A stretch of DNA of 17,816 nucleotides from a virus (taxonomy: Duplodnaviria; Heunggongvirae; Uroviricota; Caudoviricetes), in IMG/VR virus record IMGVR_UViG_2939121850_000003; one strand, written 5' to 3'. Both the position numbers and the translations under genes were made by a program. Shown here in pieces: positions 1 to 7,956 of the stretch (its first letter is position 1; each line of letters begins with the position of its first letter). A model generated the notes under the pieces. That model was not told where the DNA came from. It worked only from the letters and a program-made list of their open reading frames with translations, and did not search any database.

Positions 1-19
1 CTATTTGATAAATATTAAA

Positions 20-1315
20 TTAATTTTTCATTGCTTCGTTATGGGGCATGGTTGGGGCAAACTCGCTTAACTGTGTATTTAACAAAGCTACCTGTGCATT
101 ATTGTTTTCAGACATCCATTTTCCGTATACCTGAAATACCATTTGCGCATCTGCATGGCCCATCTGGTTTGCTATAAATGCCGGGTTAGCACCAGCTGTC
201 AGCGACCAGCAGGCATAAGTATGTCTCGACTGATATGATTTTCGATGGCGGAGTCCGGCACGTTTTATCGCTGCGTCCCACATCTGCCTTATTGAGTCAA
301 CGGTAAAATGGTCACCATAATTTTTTACTCTCGCTGACACTTCAGGTTGAAAAACAAAGGTGCATTTTTGTTTTTCTGTTCTGCCATACTCTCTGAGGTG
401 AACATCAATGATATGCTCTTTGCTCAGTCTCGTTAATGTCATCTGACTCCGGAGAGCGTCGATTGCTGGCTTAATAAGATGAATGACCCGATTGGTTCCC
501 GCCTGTGTTTTTGGTACCGTGAAACGGTCTTTTGCTAAATTTCTCCTGATCATCATTGTTCCATTTTTCAGATCTATGTCCTCCCATCCAAGTGCACACA
601 GCTCACCAGGGCGAACGCCAGTATAAACAGAAACACACCATAAATTTTTTGCTTGCTGATTTCTGCACGCATCGATAAGACGGATAAATTCTTCCCGCGA
701 AAGAGGATCCGGAATGGTTCTTGATTCCTTTAATGGCGAGATCCCCTTAAACGGATTATCTGCCAGGTAACCGTTATCAACACCAAACTGGAACACGGCG
801 TTAAGATTTGTCATGTAATTATTTACAGTTACAGCCGATCTCCCTGGTTGTGTAACAATATAGTTACTTTTGGGGATCTGGTATCCAGTCAGTAACTCTT
901 TACGAACCTCCAGTAATTTTTCTTTATTAATCGATGAGGCAAGATTTTTTTCACCGATTATGCTCAGGATATTTTTGATGACGGCACGGTATGTGTTGAG
1001 TGATGTTTTGGCGACTTCAGTTTCTTTCAGTGCCAGAAATTTTTCAGCCAGTTCTTTTATGGTTAAATCTTGTCGGGCCTCACCAAATTTTTCCAGATTG
1101 CGTGAGGAGGGAAACTGTTTTGCATAGTCGAAAACACCAGTTTTTATTGCGTAACAAACAGAGGAGCGTAGTTCACCTGCAACGCGCCTGTTTTTTGCTG
1201 TGTCAGGAACCCCCAGGTTTTCCCTGACTCTTACGCCTTTATAAACAAACCAGATACGTAATTTCCCTCCATGGTTTTCCACGCCTGTCGGATATTTCAT
1301 TTCAACTTCTCTCAT
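20..1315 (-). CDS. int: Tyrosine-type site-specific integrase (lambda-family phage integrase)
   Basis: 431-aa ORF. C-terminal region has the tyrosine recombinase pattern (SRHTYACWS ... GHADAQMVFQVYGKW: RHT box, GH, catalytic Y). Sits at the island end directly downstream of an excisionase-like gene on the same strand. The true start may be the second Met (MKYPTG, about 1300). Confidence 0.9.
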   Translation of the reverse strand: MREVEMKYPTGVENHGGKLRIWFVYKGVRVRENLGVPDTAKNRRVAGELRSSVCYAIKTGVFDYAKQFPSSRNLEKFGEARQDLTIKELAEKFLALKETEVAKTSLNTYRAVIKNILSIIGEKNLASSINKEKLLEVRKELLTGYQIPKSNYIVTQPGRSAVTVNNYMTNLNAVFQFGVDNGYLADNPFKGISPLKESRTIPDPLSREEFIRLIDACRNQQAKNLWCVSVYTGVRPGELCALGWEDIDLKNGTMMIRRNLAKDRFTVPKTQAGTNRVIHLIKPAIDALRSQMTLTRLSKEHIIDVHLREYGRTEKQKCTFVFQPEVSARVKNYGDHFTVDSIRQMWDAAIKRAGLRHRKSYQSRHTYACWSLTAGANPAFIANQMGHADAQMVFQVYGKWMSENNNAQVALLNTQLSEFAPTMPHNEAMKN

Positions 1316-1334
1316 TAGTTAGTGTGGCTTTTAG

Positions 1335-1586
1335 TCAAGTAAGATGACGTCTTGGTCTCGCTGATGCCTGGCGCTCAATCCAGCGATCAATTTCTTCCAG
1401 GTTGTAAAAGCATGGACTGTTATCCCATGGCATACCGTCATGAGCGACATGCTTATATTCCCTTCCTTCCATAAACGATTTTTCCCGGGCCTTTTTTAAC
1501 GTACCTTTTTTTATTCCTTTCAGCGCAATTAACTGCTCTTCGGATACCCATTTGCCGGGAGAGACAATCATGATTACTTCGCTCAT
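1335..1586 (-). CDS. xis: Excisionase-like small DNA-binding protein (Xis-like)
   Basis: 83-aa ORF immediately upstream of int on the same strand, 19-bp gap. The pattern KWVSEEQL...GTLKKAREKSFMEGREYKHVAHDGMPW resembles prophage excisionase-like proteins as I recall them. Position is classical for xis. Confidence 0.7.
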   Translation of the reverse strand: MSEVIMIVSPGKWVSEEQLIALKGIKKGTLKKAREKSFMEGREYKHVAHDGMPWDNSPCFYNLEEIDRWIERQASARPRRHLT

Positions 1587-1615
1587 CGATTTCTTTATCT
1601 CTTACATTAGACGAG

Positions 1616-1647
1616 CGCCGGTTGCAGAATACCAGTCACAACCGGCG
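1616..1647 (-). promoter_or_regulatory. Intercistronic stem-loop between exonuclease and xis (9-bp perfect stem CGCCGGTTG/CAACCGGCG, 14-nt loop)
   Basis: Perfect inverted repeat read directly in the 72-bp gap between the exo stop (1659) and the xis start (1586). No U-tract follows on the minus strand, so it is more likely an attenuator, processing or stability element than an intrinsic terminator. Confidence 0.4.
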
Positions 1648-1658
1648 ACAGTTGAACA

Positions 1659-4130
1659 TTAAGAATCAGCCTGACTCGGGATCAGTTTTTGCCAGATAAC
1701 TGAAACGTATTTTGCCTGGTAACGGGCGTCATCAAGTGCATTATGGCGCTCACCTTCGAATTGAATAGCCGTTCTGGCATCGAAGTCTATGACTTTCCCC
1801 AGCTCAACGATTGTGCGTACATCGCGATCGTTGTAGTAACGCCACGGGCAGGGGATCCCCTGCCGTTCGTATGAACGGCGCAAAATCGTGTTGTCGAAGT
1901 TGGCTCCATTCCCCCAAACCTGAACAAAAAATTCACCGGAGTTTTCGTCGATAAATTCCCGCAATTGTAACAGTGCATCATCTAACGGGATTTCATCGGT
2001 CATAATGGCAGATTGCGCTTCGCGTGATTGCTTAAGCCACCATTTAATGGTGTCCCGATCAATGACTCCGCCAGCAGTTTCCAGATCGATAGTCTTACTA
2101 AATTCCGGTCCCATATCTCCGGTTTGCGGATCGAAAAATATTGCACCTATTGAGGTGATCGGGGCATCAGGATTTTTTCCCATGGTTTCAAGGTCGATCA
2201 TTAGATGGTCACACGTCCTGCTGGTGGATGTGATTTCGTGATGACCGTTCACCTTAATTGGGTGATCTGCCGTCTCGCCAGTTTCATTATCGCTATTGTG
2301 ATGCTGATTGCCGCCAGTGTTCTCCTTGTGTGGATGTTCAGCGCCTTCCATTTCCTCCGGATCATCTTCCTGAACTTCAACCTGATACTCTTCATCGAAT
2401 GTTTCTTGGTATGTTGCGTCGCCCATCACCGCGCCACAATCAGGGCAGTTGCCGCCGCCGGTCTGACCGCAGGCGGTGCAGACTTTTTCCACTTCCTGTT
2501 GCGCTACTGGTTCAGGCTGTTTCGTTTCTGGCTCGTTTTGTAACGCATTTGGACTGTTTTGTTCCGCTTTTTGGTAGTTCCGTTCCGATTCATGCTGGTT
2601 CTGGTTCACAGAATCGCGGGTCTGGATCCCCTTAACCCATTTCGGATCATTCGGGTCACTAATCCCTTCAACAAATTCACCACGTGATGCAGCAAGCAAC
2701 TTATCAGCGTCAGGCTGGCTGATATTGGCTGCCTGCATAATTTTGTTTACTTCGTCAGCGGTAACTTTTATCGGCTCTGGTTGTTCTGAATCTTCAGCGG
2801 TATCTACATTTTGCGGTAAGCCCGTGTATGTGCCATTTTTTCGGGCAAAATATTCTTCTTTTGTGATTTCAGTGGCGCCAGCAGCCAGTGCCTTATCCAG
2901 ACCAGAAAGTTTGTTTGCGCGACCGTATTTTTCTCCGTCCTTATCTGCGAAGAGGAAATAGAACGGCCCCTCACGCTCTACAGATGGTTCAGCTTCCGGC
3001 GCGGTTTCATTTTTTGGGATATCAGATACCTCAGTTTCCACTGCATCAGTTTGTGTTTCTGATGACTGGAGAACATCAACAGTGCCCAGGTCTGTTTCTT
3101 CATTCTCAAACACGCCCTTTGTCGTCAGGTATTCGCAGATATATTTGTTCAGTGCTACGGGATCTTTGTGAATGTCGATCGGACGCTCACGGACAAGGCC
3201 AAAAATAGTTTGGCGGTCGTAGCGAAGGGCATCAGGCTGTTTGCGCATTGATGCCGAGATACGCTTCCAGTCTTCGCGGTCGTTGTCGATAACTTCTTTT
3301 TTTGCCCAGCGATGGATGCTGCCGTCAATGTTTCCGGCATCCACATCACCAGGCCAGAGAGCGTAGGCCAGTTCGTCATCCAGTGTTTTCCATGTCTGCT
3401 TGTATTCGCGATGAATGGCAGCAATGACCGGGCTGATTTTTCCTGTTGAATTTTCAGTGTACTGTTGATTGGCTCTGGCGCGTGCGAGATCAACAACAGA
3501 CGTGTATTTTCCGGTTTCCTTGCGTTCACCTTCGCGACGTTTTTTCCAGATGCGCATCTCTGCCTGAATTTCGGGCCATTTAGCACCAGGAATACATTTA
3601 TGCTTAACCCACCCAATGGCGTGCAACTTAAGCTCCGGATACATGGCGTTAACTTCTGGCATTTTCATCAACGCTTCAACGATATGTCCGTCGAATGTTG
3701 CCATGTCTTCCTGCAACAATTCCTGTGCGCTAATAACCATATCAACGGTGATGTTTTCACATGTGTCGAACTTAACCATGACAGCGTTCTGTACTTCAGG
3801 GGCCAGCTTGTCAAAAGTGACGTTCATCGGATCGGATTCAGTCTCAACCGGGACAAAAGAAGCAGACTCCTCATCCCAGCGGTTTTCCTGCATATATTCA
3901 GCATCCCATGAATCGAGGGCAGGGCGGGGTATGCCAGGTTTATCCTCGCAGACAATAAATTTATAAGCGCAGTCCTGAGCAGCCGGATAATGTTCCAGGA
4001 ATTGCCAGTGAAATTTTGCTCGAGCACGGCGTTCGTCGCCAGCTTCAATGGCTGTGGCTACAGCCACAGCGCCTTCTTCCCTTGTTGCCAGTTCGTCAGG
4101 AATAGCGGCGCAAATAAAGACTTTACTCAT
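1659..4130 (-). CDS. Prophage exonuclease, 823 aa, with C-terminal DEDDh (DnaQ-like) 3'-5' exonuclease domain
   Basis: C-terminal segment has Exo I (MIDLETMG), Exo II (VWGNGANFDNT) and Exo III (HNALDDARYQAKY) motifs. An acidic low-complexity linker and a C-x2-C-x7-C-x2-C zinc-ribbon-like motif (CTACGQTGGGNCPDC, coded about 2430-2500) precede it. Resembles the large proteins annotated as exodeoxyribonuclease VIII in lambdoid prophages. Start has upstream context consistent with a pL-type leftward operon. Confidence 0.8.
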   Translation of the reverse strand: MSKVFICAAIPDELATREEGAVAVATAIEAGDERRARAKFHWQFLEHYPAAQDCAYKFIVCEDKPGIPRPALDSWDAEYMQENRWDEESASFVPVETESDPMNVTFDKLAPEVQNAVMVKFDTCENITVDMVISAQELLQEDMATFDGHIVEALMKMPEVNAMYPELKLHAIGWVKHKCIPGAKWPEIQAEMRIWKKRREGERKETGKYTSVVDLARARANQQYTENSTGKISPVIAAIHREYKQTWKTLDDELAYALWPGDVDAGNIDGSIHRWAKKEVIDNDREDWKRISASMRKQPDALRYDRQTIFGLVRERPIDIHKDPVALNKYICEYLTTKGVFENEETDLGTVDVLQSSETQTDAVETEVSDIPKNETAPEAEPSVEREGPFYFLFADKDGEKYGRANKLSGLDKALAAGATEITKEEYFARKNGTYTGLPQNVDTAEDSEQPEPIKVTADEVNKIMQAANISQPDADKLLAASRGEFVEGISDPNDPKWVKGIQTRDSVNQNQHESERNYQKAEQNSPNALQNEPETKQPEPVAQQEVEKVCTACGQTGGGNCPDCGAVMGDATYQETFDEEYQVEVQEDDPEEMEGAEHPHKENTGGNQHHNSDNETGETADHPIKVNGHHEITSTSRTCDHLMIDLETMGKNPDAPITSIGAIFFDPQTGDMGPEFSKTIDLETAGGVIDRDTIKWWLKQSREAQSAIMTDEIPLDDALLQLREFIDENSGEFFVQVWGNGANFDNTILRRSYERQGIPCPWRYYNDRDVRTIVELGKVIDFDARTAIQFEGERHNALDDARYQAKYVSVIWQKLIPSQADS

Positions 4131-4223
4131 TTTGTTTTAACCTCATGACAGATTTAAGGATGAACAAATCCCTGCCATTGCTGGCATATAAGAATGAAAC
4201 CGGATATTTATTACGGAACTGTT

Positions 4224-4415
4224 TTAAAGACCTGCCGGGATTTCGATATTATCCTGGTTAATAACTTTATCGACCGGGTAACAGTTACCGGGAATTTTCT
4301 GTTCGGTTGCTGCAGTCATACACTCCTGCATTGTCCTGTGAACACTGACTGCAATATCAACTGGCACTCCGGAAACAAGAAAAACTGTCAGAACAAGCGC
4401 AAATGCTGAATTCAT
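4224..4415 (-). CDS. Small hypothetical protein (63 aa from internal Met), hydrophobic N-terminus suggesting secretion or membrane anchoring
   Basis: Start ATG at 4415 overlaps the stop of the upstream ORF in an ATGA arrangement (plus-strand tcat at 4412-4415), implying translational coupling. Sequence MNSAFALVLTVFLVSGVPVD looks like a signal or TM segment. The ORF track extends to 4469, but that start would overlap the upstream gene by 58 bp. Confidence 0.5.
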   Translation of the reverse strand: MNSAFALVLTVFLVSGVPVDIAVSVHRTMQECMTAATEQKIPGNCYPVDKVINQDNIEIPAGL

Positions 4416-4600
4416 TGTGCACATCCTTTTGGCATCAGACGTAAACGAGCCAGCATTGAAACAATGCATATTTTATTTAATAGCTCCCGTTCTTGTTTTC
4501 TCTTGTTAATGGCATCTTCAGTAAATACAGGGTTACTGATAGTGACACCAATTTCAAAACAACCTTCAGACGTATTAACGTTTGGTAATAACGTTTTCAT
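4412..4600 (-). CDS. Small hypothetical protein (62 aa), first gene of the leftward operon
   Basis: ATG at 4600 is preceded by GAGGA with a 7-nt spacer (tgttGAGGAcgcgataATG on the minus strand). Stop overlaps the next start (ATGA). No family recognised. Confidence 0.5.
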   Translation of the reverse strand: MKTLLPNVNTSEGCFEIGVTISNPVFTEDAINKRKQERELLNKICIVSMLARLRLMPKGCAQ

Positions 4601-4652
4601 TATCGCGTCCTCAACAATGAATTTTGTGATGCAGTGCCTGGTGCCTCCAGGT

Positions 4653-4679
4653 GACGTTAACCAGTTAACAATTAACGTC
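4653..4679. promoter_or_regulatory. Operator-like palindrome in divergent control region (GACGTTAA-N11-TTAACGTC with iterated GTTAAC half-sites)
   Basis: 8-bp perfect inverted arms at 4653-4660 and 4672-4679. GTTAAC occurs at 4656-4661 and 4664-4669. Lies between the leftward operon start (4600) and the rightward genes. Confidence 0.45.
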
Positions 4680-4704
4680 GGATATCCGGATTAGTGATTT
4701 CAGG

Positions 4705-4926
4705 TTGTATCGTGAGATCAGTGATGGAAAAAGTATTACGTACATGATCGCCGGGTTAAATAAAGAATATGGCGATGTGGTGGAATCCGGACTGCTTTTT
4801 GCAGATCCTGCCGTTGTAGATCGTGAAACTGACGAACTTATAGAAAAAGCAATTGCTTTCAAGCTTGCGTATCGACAGCAATACCAACAAAAAGCTGGAT
4901 GGAATTATGAGTCTTCTTTTTGCTGA
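4705..4926 (+). CDS. Possible small early protein (73 aa, TTG start; alternative ATG at 4744)
   Basis: ORF occupies the position of a cro/cII-type gene at the head of the rightward operon and overlaps the next gene start by 20 nt. There is no convincing Shine-Dalgarno and no recognisable motif. Confidence 0.25.
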   Translation: MYREISDGKSITYMIAGLNKEYGDVVESGLLFADPAVVDRETDELIEKAIAFKLAYRQQYQQKAGWNYESSFC

Positions 4927-5872
4927 ACGCCCACTGGTTATAAACACGCAGCTGGCAATGAAAATTGGCTTAAACGAAGCCATTGTTTTGCAACAACTGC
5001 ACTACTGGTTGAGAGATACCAACTCCGGCATGGAATGTGATGGTGTTCGCTGGATTTATAACACAACGGAACAATGGCTGGAACAGTTCCCATTCTGGTC
5101 AGAGTCAACGTTAAAGCGCGCGTTTGCAAGTCTGAAAACGCTGGGGCTTTTGCGTTGTGAAAAGCTCAATAAATCAAAGCGCGATATGACCAATTTCTAC
5201 ACGATCAACTACGGGAGCGAGCTTTTAGATGGTGGCAAATTGAGCGAATCCATCGGTTTAAAATGCGCCGCTCCATCAGGTCAAAATGACACGATGGAAG
5301 AGGTCAAAATGAAACGCTCCATTGGTTCAAAACGACTCAATGTCATCGGGTCAAAATGGCCTGATGATCTTACAGAGAATACAACAGAGATTACTACAGA
5401 GAATAAAAAGACTTCTCGTCCGGAAGCTTCGCAACCGGACCCGCAGACGGTTGAACAGGATTTTTTAACCCGACACCCTGACGCGGTTGTGTTCAGTGCG
5501 AAAAAACGCCAGTGGGGCAGCCAGGAAGATTTGGCGTGTGCGCAGTGGATCTGGGGGCGAATCGTGAGTCTTTACGAGCAGGCCGCCAGCGATGATGGCG
5601 AGATTTCGCGACCGAAAGAACCCAACTGGACCGCATGGGCCAACGACGTGCGCACAATGCGGATGCTGGATGGCAGAACTCACAGACAAATTTGTGAAAT
5701 GTTTGGTCGGGTGCAGCGGGATCCATTCTGGGTAAAAAATATCATGAGTCCGTCAAAGCTTCGCGAAAAATGGGATGAACTGGTTATCCGCCTGGGGCGT
5801 TCGTCTGTACAGCGTTGTGTGAATCATATTTCTGAGCCGGATACCGAAATTCCGCCGGGCTTCAGGGGGTAA
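4907..5872 (+). CDS. Replication-initiator-like protein (winged-helix N-terminal domain, phage O / replisome-organiser type)
   Basis: ATG at 4907 gives MSLLFAERPLVINTQLAMKIGLNEAIVLQQLHYWL..., which reads as a winged-helix replication-initiator N-domain. The ORF track start at 4853 is a TTG. The C-terminal region (NWTAWANDVRTMRMLDGRTHRQICEMFG) is basic and DNA-binding-like. Gene order int-xis-exo / control region / rep fits a lambdoid layout. Confidence 0.65.
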   Translation: MSLLFAERPLVINTQLAMKIGLNEAIVLQQLHYWLRDTNSGMECDGVRWIYNTTEQWLEQFPFWSESTLKRAFASLKTLGLLRCEKLNKSKRDMTNFYTINYGSELLDGGKLSESIGLKCAAPSGQNDTMEEVKMKRSIGSKRLNVIGSKWPDDLTENTTEITTENKKTSRPEASQPDPQTVEQDFLTRHPDAVVFSAKKRQWGSQEDLACAQWIWGRIVSLYEQAASDDGEISRPKEPNWTAWANDVRTMRMLDGRTHRQICEMFGRVQRDPFWVKNIMSPSKLREKWDELVIRLGRSSVQRCVNHISEPDTEIPPGFRG

Positions 5873-5912
5873 GTGTTAATTTCTGGTCATGAGGTAATTT
5901 TCAGGAGGGCTT

Positions 5913-6335
5913 GTGGCAAAAGTTTTTACACAAGAAGAGCGGGAAAAAATTAAAGGGCAGGTTGTTGAACTCGTACGCCGGAGTGGGCGTGAGACGTTAC
6001 GGCAACTGGAAGTCAAGACAGGTGCGACAAGATATCTGATGAGCGTTCTCGCAAGAGAGCTGGTTGCCAGCGGCGATGTATACAACTCTGGTTACGGGTT
6101 ATTCCCGTCTGAACAGGCGCGTAAGGACTGGCAAAATGCCCGTAAAAAGCTCTCAAGGGCAAAGCTGAAGGAACCATCTGCGGTTGATCCGGACCTTATC
6201 TGGTCATTACCTGACGGAGAAATACGTCGTTACGACAGGCGTCATAATATGATTTGTACTGAGTGTCGTAAAAGCGAAGTTATGCAGCGCATATTGTCGT
6301 TTTATCAGGGGGATGTCCGGTATTTATTGAAGTGA
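5913..6335 (+). CDS. Hypothetical protein (140 aa), possible DNA-binding protein
   Basis: GTG start at 5913 preceded by a strong Shine-Dalgarno (cAGGAGGg at 5902-5909). Lies 41 bp after the rep-like gene, so probably co-transcribed. N-terminal segment ETLRQLEVKTGATRYLMSVLAREL looks HTH-like. Confidence 0.65.
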   Translation: MAKVFTQEEREKIKGQVVELVRRSGRETLRQLEVKTGATRYLMSVLARELVASGDVYNSGYGLFPSEQARKDWQNARKKLSRAKLKEPSAVDPDLIWSLPDGEIRRYDRRHNMICTECRKSEVMQRILSFYQGDVRYLLK

Positions 6336-6403
6336 CGAGATTAAAGTGCATTAGTTCAGATGCAAATTGACATTTTGTGGCACAGGGTAGAGCTAGCGTG
6401 GTT

Positions 6404-6427
6404 GTCCGCTTTGTGCCAAGAGCGGAC
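6404..6427 (+). repeat. 24-bp palindromic junction element, copy A (GTCCGCTTTGTGCCAAGAGCGGAC)
   Basis: 7-bp perfect stem GTCCGCT/AGCGGAC with 10-nt loop, between convergent genes (5913-6335 plus, 6465-7409 minus). 22/24 identical to copy B at 7620-7643. Confidence 0.8.
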
Positions 6428-6464
6428 TTTGCAAAATGGGGGTTATTTCAATCAAAACGTAACG

Positions 6465-7409
6465 TCACAACCAGCCGACGCTCTCTCGCCATTTATAATT
6501 AGTAACTTTATCATTTTCGCTTATTTTTTTAGATATAGAGCGCGGCTCTCTTCCTAGATACTCAGATATTTCTATCGGGGACAAATCAAAATCAACAAGC
6601 ATGACTCTAAGTTTTTCCATTTCCTTTAAAGTCCAAGGCTTGCCATAATTTTCATAAAGAGATACCTTATGCTCCCTGATAGTTCGCTTTCTCTGAGTTT
6701 CACTTTCCCTCTGAAAAATCTCGCTTTTAAATTGTGAACGGAACTCTTTACAGAAGTTGTTATCAGTTTTTTTGTTATATAGATTGCTAAAAATAAGCTG
6801 GGATGCCGGGTCTAAATCAGGTGTGTTAATAATGAAAACTTTGACCTTTTCCATATAGGGATATTCAATTTTACCCAATATGCTTAATTGCTTTATATTA
6901 AAAAAACCTCTCAAATCAAAAGATTTAATGAGCTTTGATTGGATTACACTTTCAATCCTGCTTGCATTTAAATAACAGTACTTTGCCATTGGAAGGGCCC
7001 ATACTACCAGTTGAGGAATATATTTTTCTAATGCAATGCTCTGCCAATCAGTATCAAAGGTTTGGCTTTTTGCTAGCATGTTTTTCGGCAAATCAGAATA
7101 CATTGTGGTAGATGCCCATATCTTATAATCATTCGCCAAGGCTTGATAGTATTTTGTGTGGTTATGAATTTTATAAGCTGACATGAAGCGATAAACGTCT
7201 TCGTCGTGACCAGCGTCGTAAATTGTTCGATTTCCTCTAAGATAACCGTCGTAATGTTCGGTTATCCTTCTACCTACATTACAACTTACCCCAACGTAAA
7301 CCACACGACTGAAAAGTCCTTTATGGACAATAAGATAAACTCCGCTACAGCCAGATTTCCTGGCCTCTGATAGAGAACCTAAAAATCTCCATTCCATAAT
7401 TAAATCCAT
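6465..7409 (-). CDS. GIY-YIG nuclease-domain protein (314 aa) with C-terminal HTH-like region
   Basis: N-terminal GVYLIVHKG...VVYVGVSCNVGRRITEHY matches the GIY-(N10)-YIG-(x)N...R...H nuclease signature. C-terminal WTLKEMEKLRVMLVDFDLSPIEISEYLGREPRSISKKI looks like a DNA-binding helix-turn-helix. The gene is strongly AT-rich relative to the flanking prophage genes (by eye). Confidence 0.8.
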   Translation of the reverse strand: MDLIMEWRFLGSLSEARKSGCSGVYLIVHKGLFSRVVYVGVSCNVGRRITEHYDGYLRGNRTIYDAGHDEDVYRFMSAYKIHNHTKYYQALANDYKIWASTTMYSDLPKNMLAKSQTFDTDWQSIALEKYIPQLVVWALPMAKYCYLNASRIESVIQSKLIKSFDLRGFFNIKQLSILGKIEYPYMEKVKVFIINTPDLDPASQLIFSNLYNKKTDNNFCKEFRSQFKSEIFQRESETQRKRTIREHKVSLYENYGKPWTLKEMEKLRVMLVDFDLSPIEISEYLGREPRSISKKISENDKVTNYKWRESVGWL

Positions 7410-7577
7410 AATTATTGCTACTGTTTTTGTTTATCATTATTTTCGTGAAACTTCAACAATTTTATCCAAAAGCTAAGGGCAAAGACTTATATAATTATAC
7501 TTGTCATCGTTAGCGATTATATAGAGTAGTGGCGCTGACCTGCTCCCTGGTGATTCACACAGAATGCTGTTAGTAAT

Positions 7578-7643
7578 GTCCGTTCCTCGCTCTCAGCGGA
7601 CCTTCAGCTCAGTGATATCGTCCGCTCTGTGCAAAGAGCGGAC
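7578..7643 (+). repeat. Two tandem copies of the 24-bp junction element (B0 7578-7601 GTCCGTTCCTCGCTCTCAGCGGAC; B 7620-7643 GTCCGCTCTGTGCAAAGAGCGGAC)
   Basis: Read directly. B forms a 9-bp perfect stem with a 6-nt loop. B0 shares the GTCC...GGAC ends and the central CGCTC. Located between the GIY-YIG gene start and the 449-aa gene end. Confidence 0.8.
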
Positions 7644-7956
7644 GTTGGTATGCAAGAGCCCTCCAAAAGTTGATGGTTGGTTTGCAGGGGGGCTTAAAGA
7701 AACTGCACTTATCAAGTTGAAGTTCTGTATTCAGCGAAATCGTAGCACTCTGACGATAAGTAACTCCGGTACTCCGCTCTTCGATGAAGAACCAGAGTAA
7801 TCCCCCCGAAAAACCAGCGCATCAAAATTGGATCTTCAGCGGTAGCTTATCGGCTATCGGAAGTACAGGTGTGGATTCGTGGTGAATTGCTTTGATAATA
7901 AACGATTAATACGGAAAAACGCATTAATCATTTATTAGCTTTTAGTAAACCACAAT

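Noticed and set aside
1-19. tRNA gene or att core adjacent to the integrase
   Set aside because: Only 19 nt of sequence lie beyond the integrase stop within this window, which is insufficient to call anything.
870-1227. Two plus-strand ORFs (85 aa and 75 aa) inside the integrase gene
   Set aside because: Antisense shadow ORFs within a well-supported CDS, with low-complexity translations and no translation signals.
1787-4048. Multiple overlapping ORFs on both strands within the 823-aa exonuclease gene (for example 2005-2241, 2205-2543, 2258-2635, 3155-3616, 3465-3911)
   Set aside because: All lie inside or antisense to the long exonuclease ORF, which has clear catalytic motifs. They are typical alternative-frame artefacts of GC-moderate coding DNA.
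6360-6557. 65-aa plus-strand ORF spanning junction element A
   Set aside because: It overlaps the palindromic repeat and the 3' end of the GIY-YIG gene on the opposite strand, with no initiation signal.
7564-7800. 78-aa plus-strand ORF spanning junction elements B0 and B
   Set aside because: Its sequence is dominated by the two palindromic repeats. It more likely marks an intergenic regulatory or repeat region than a gene.
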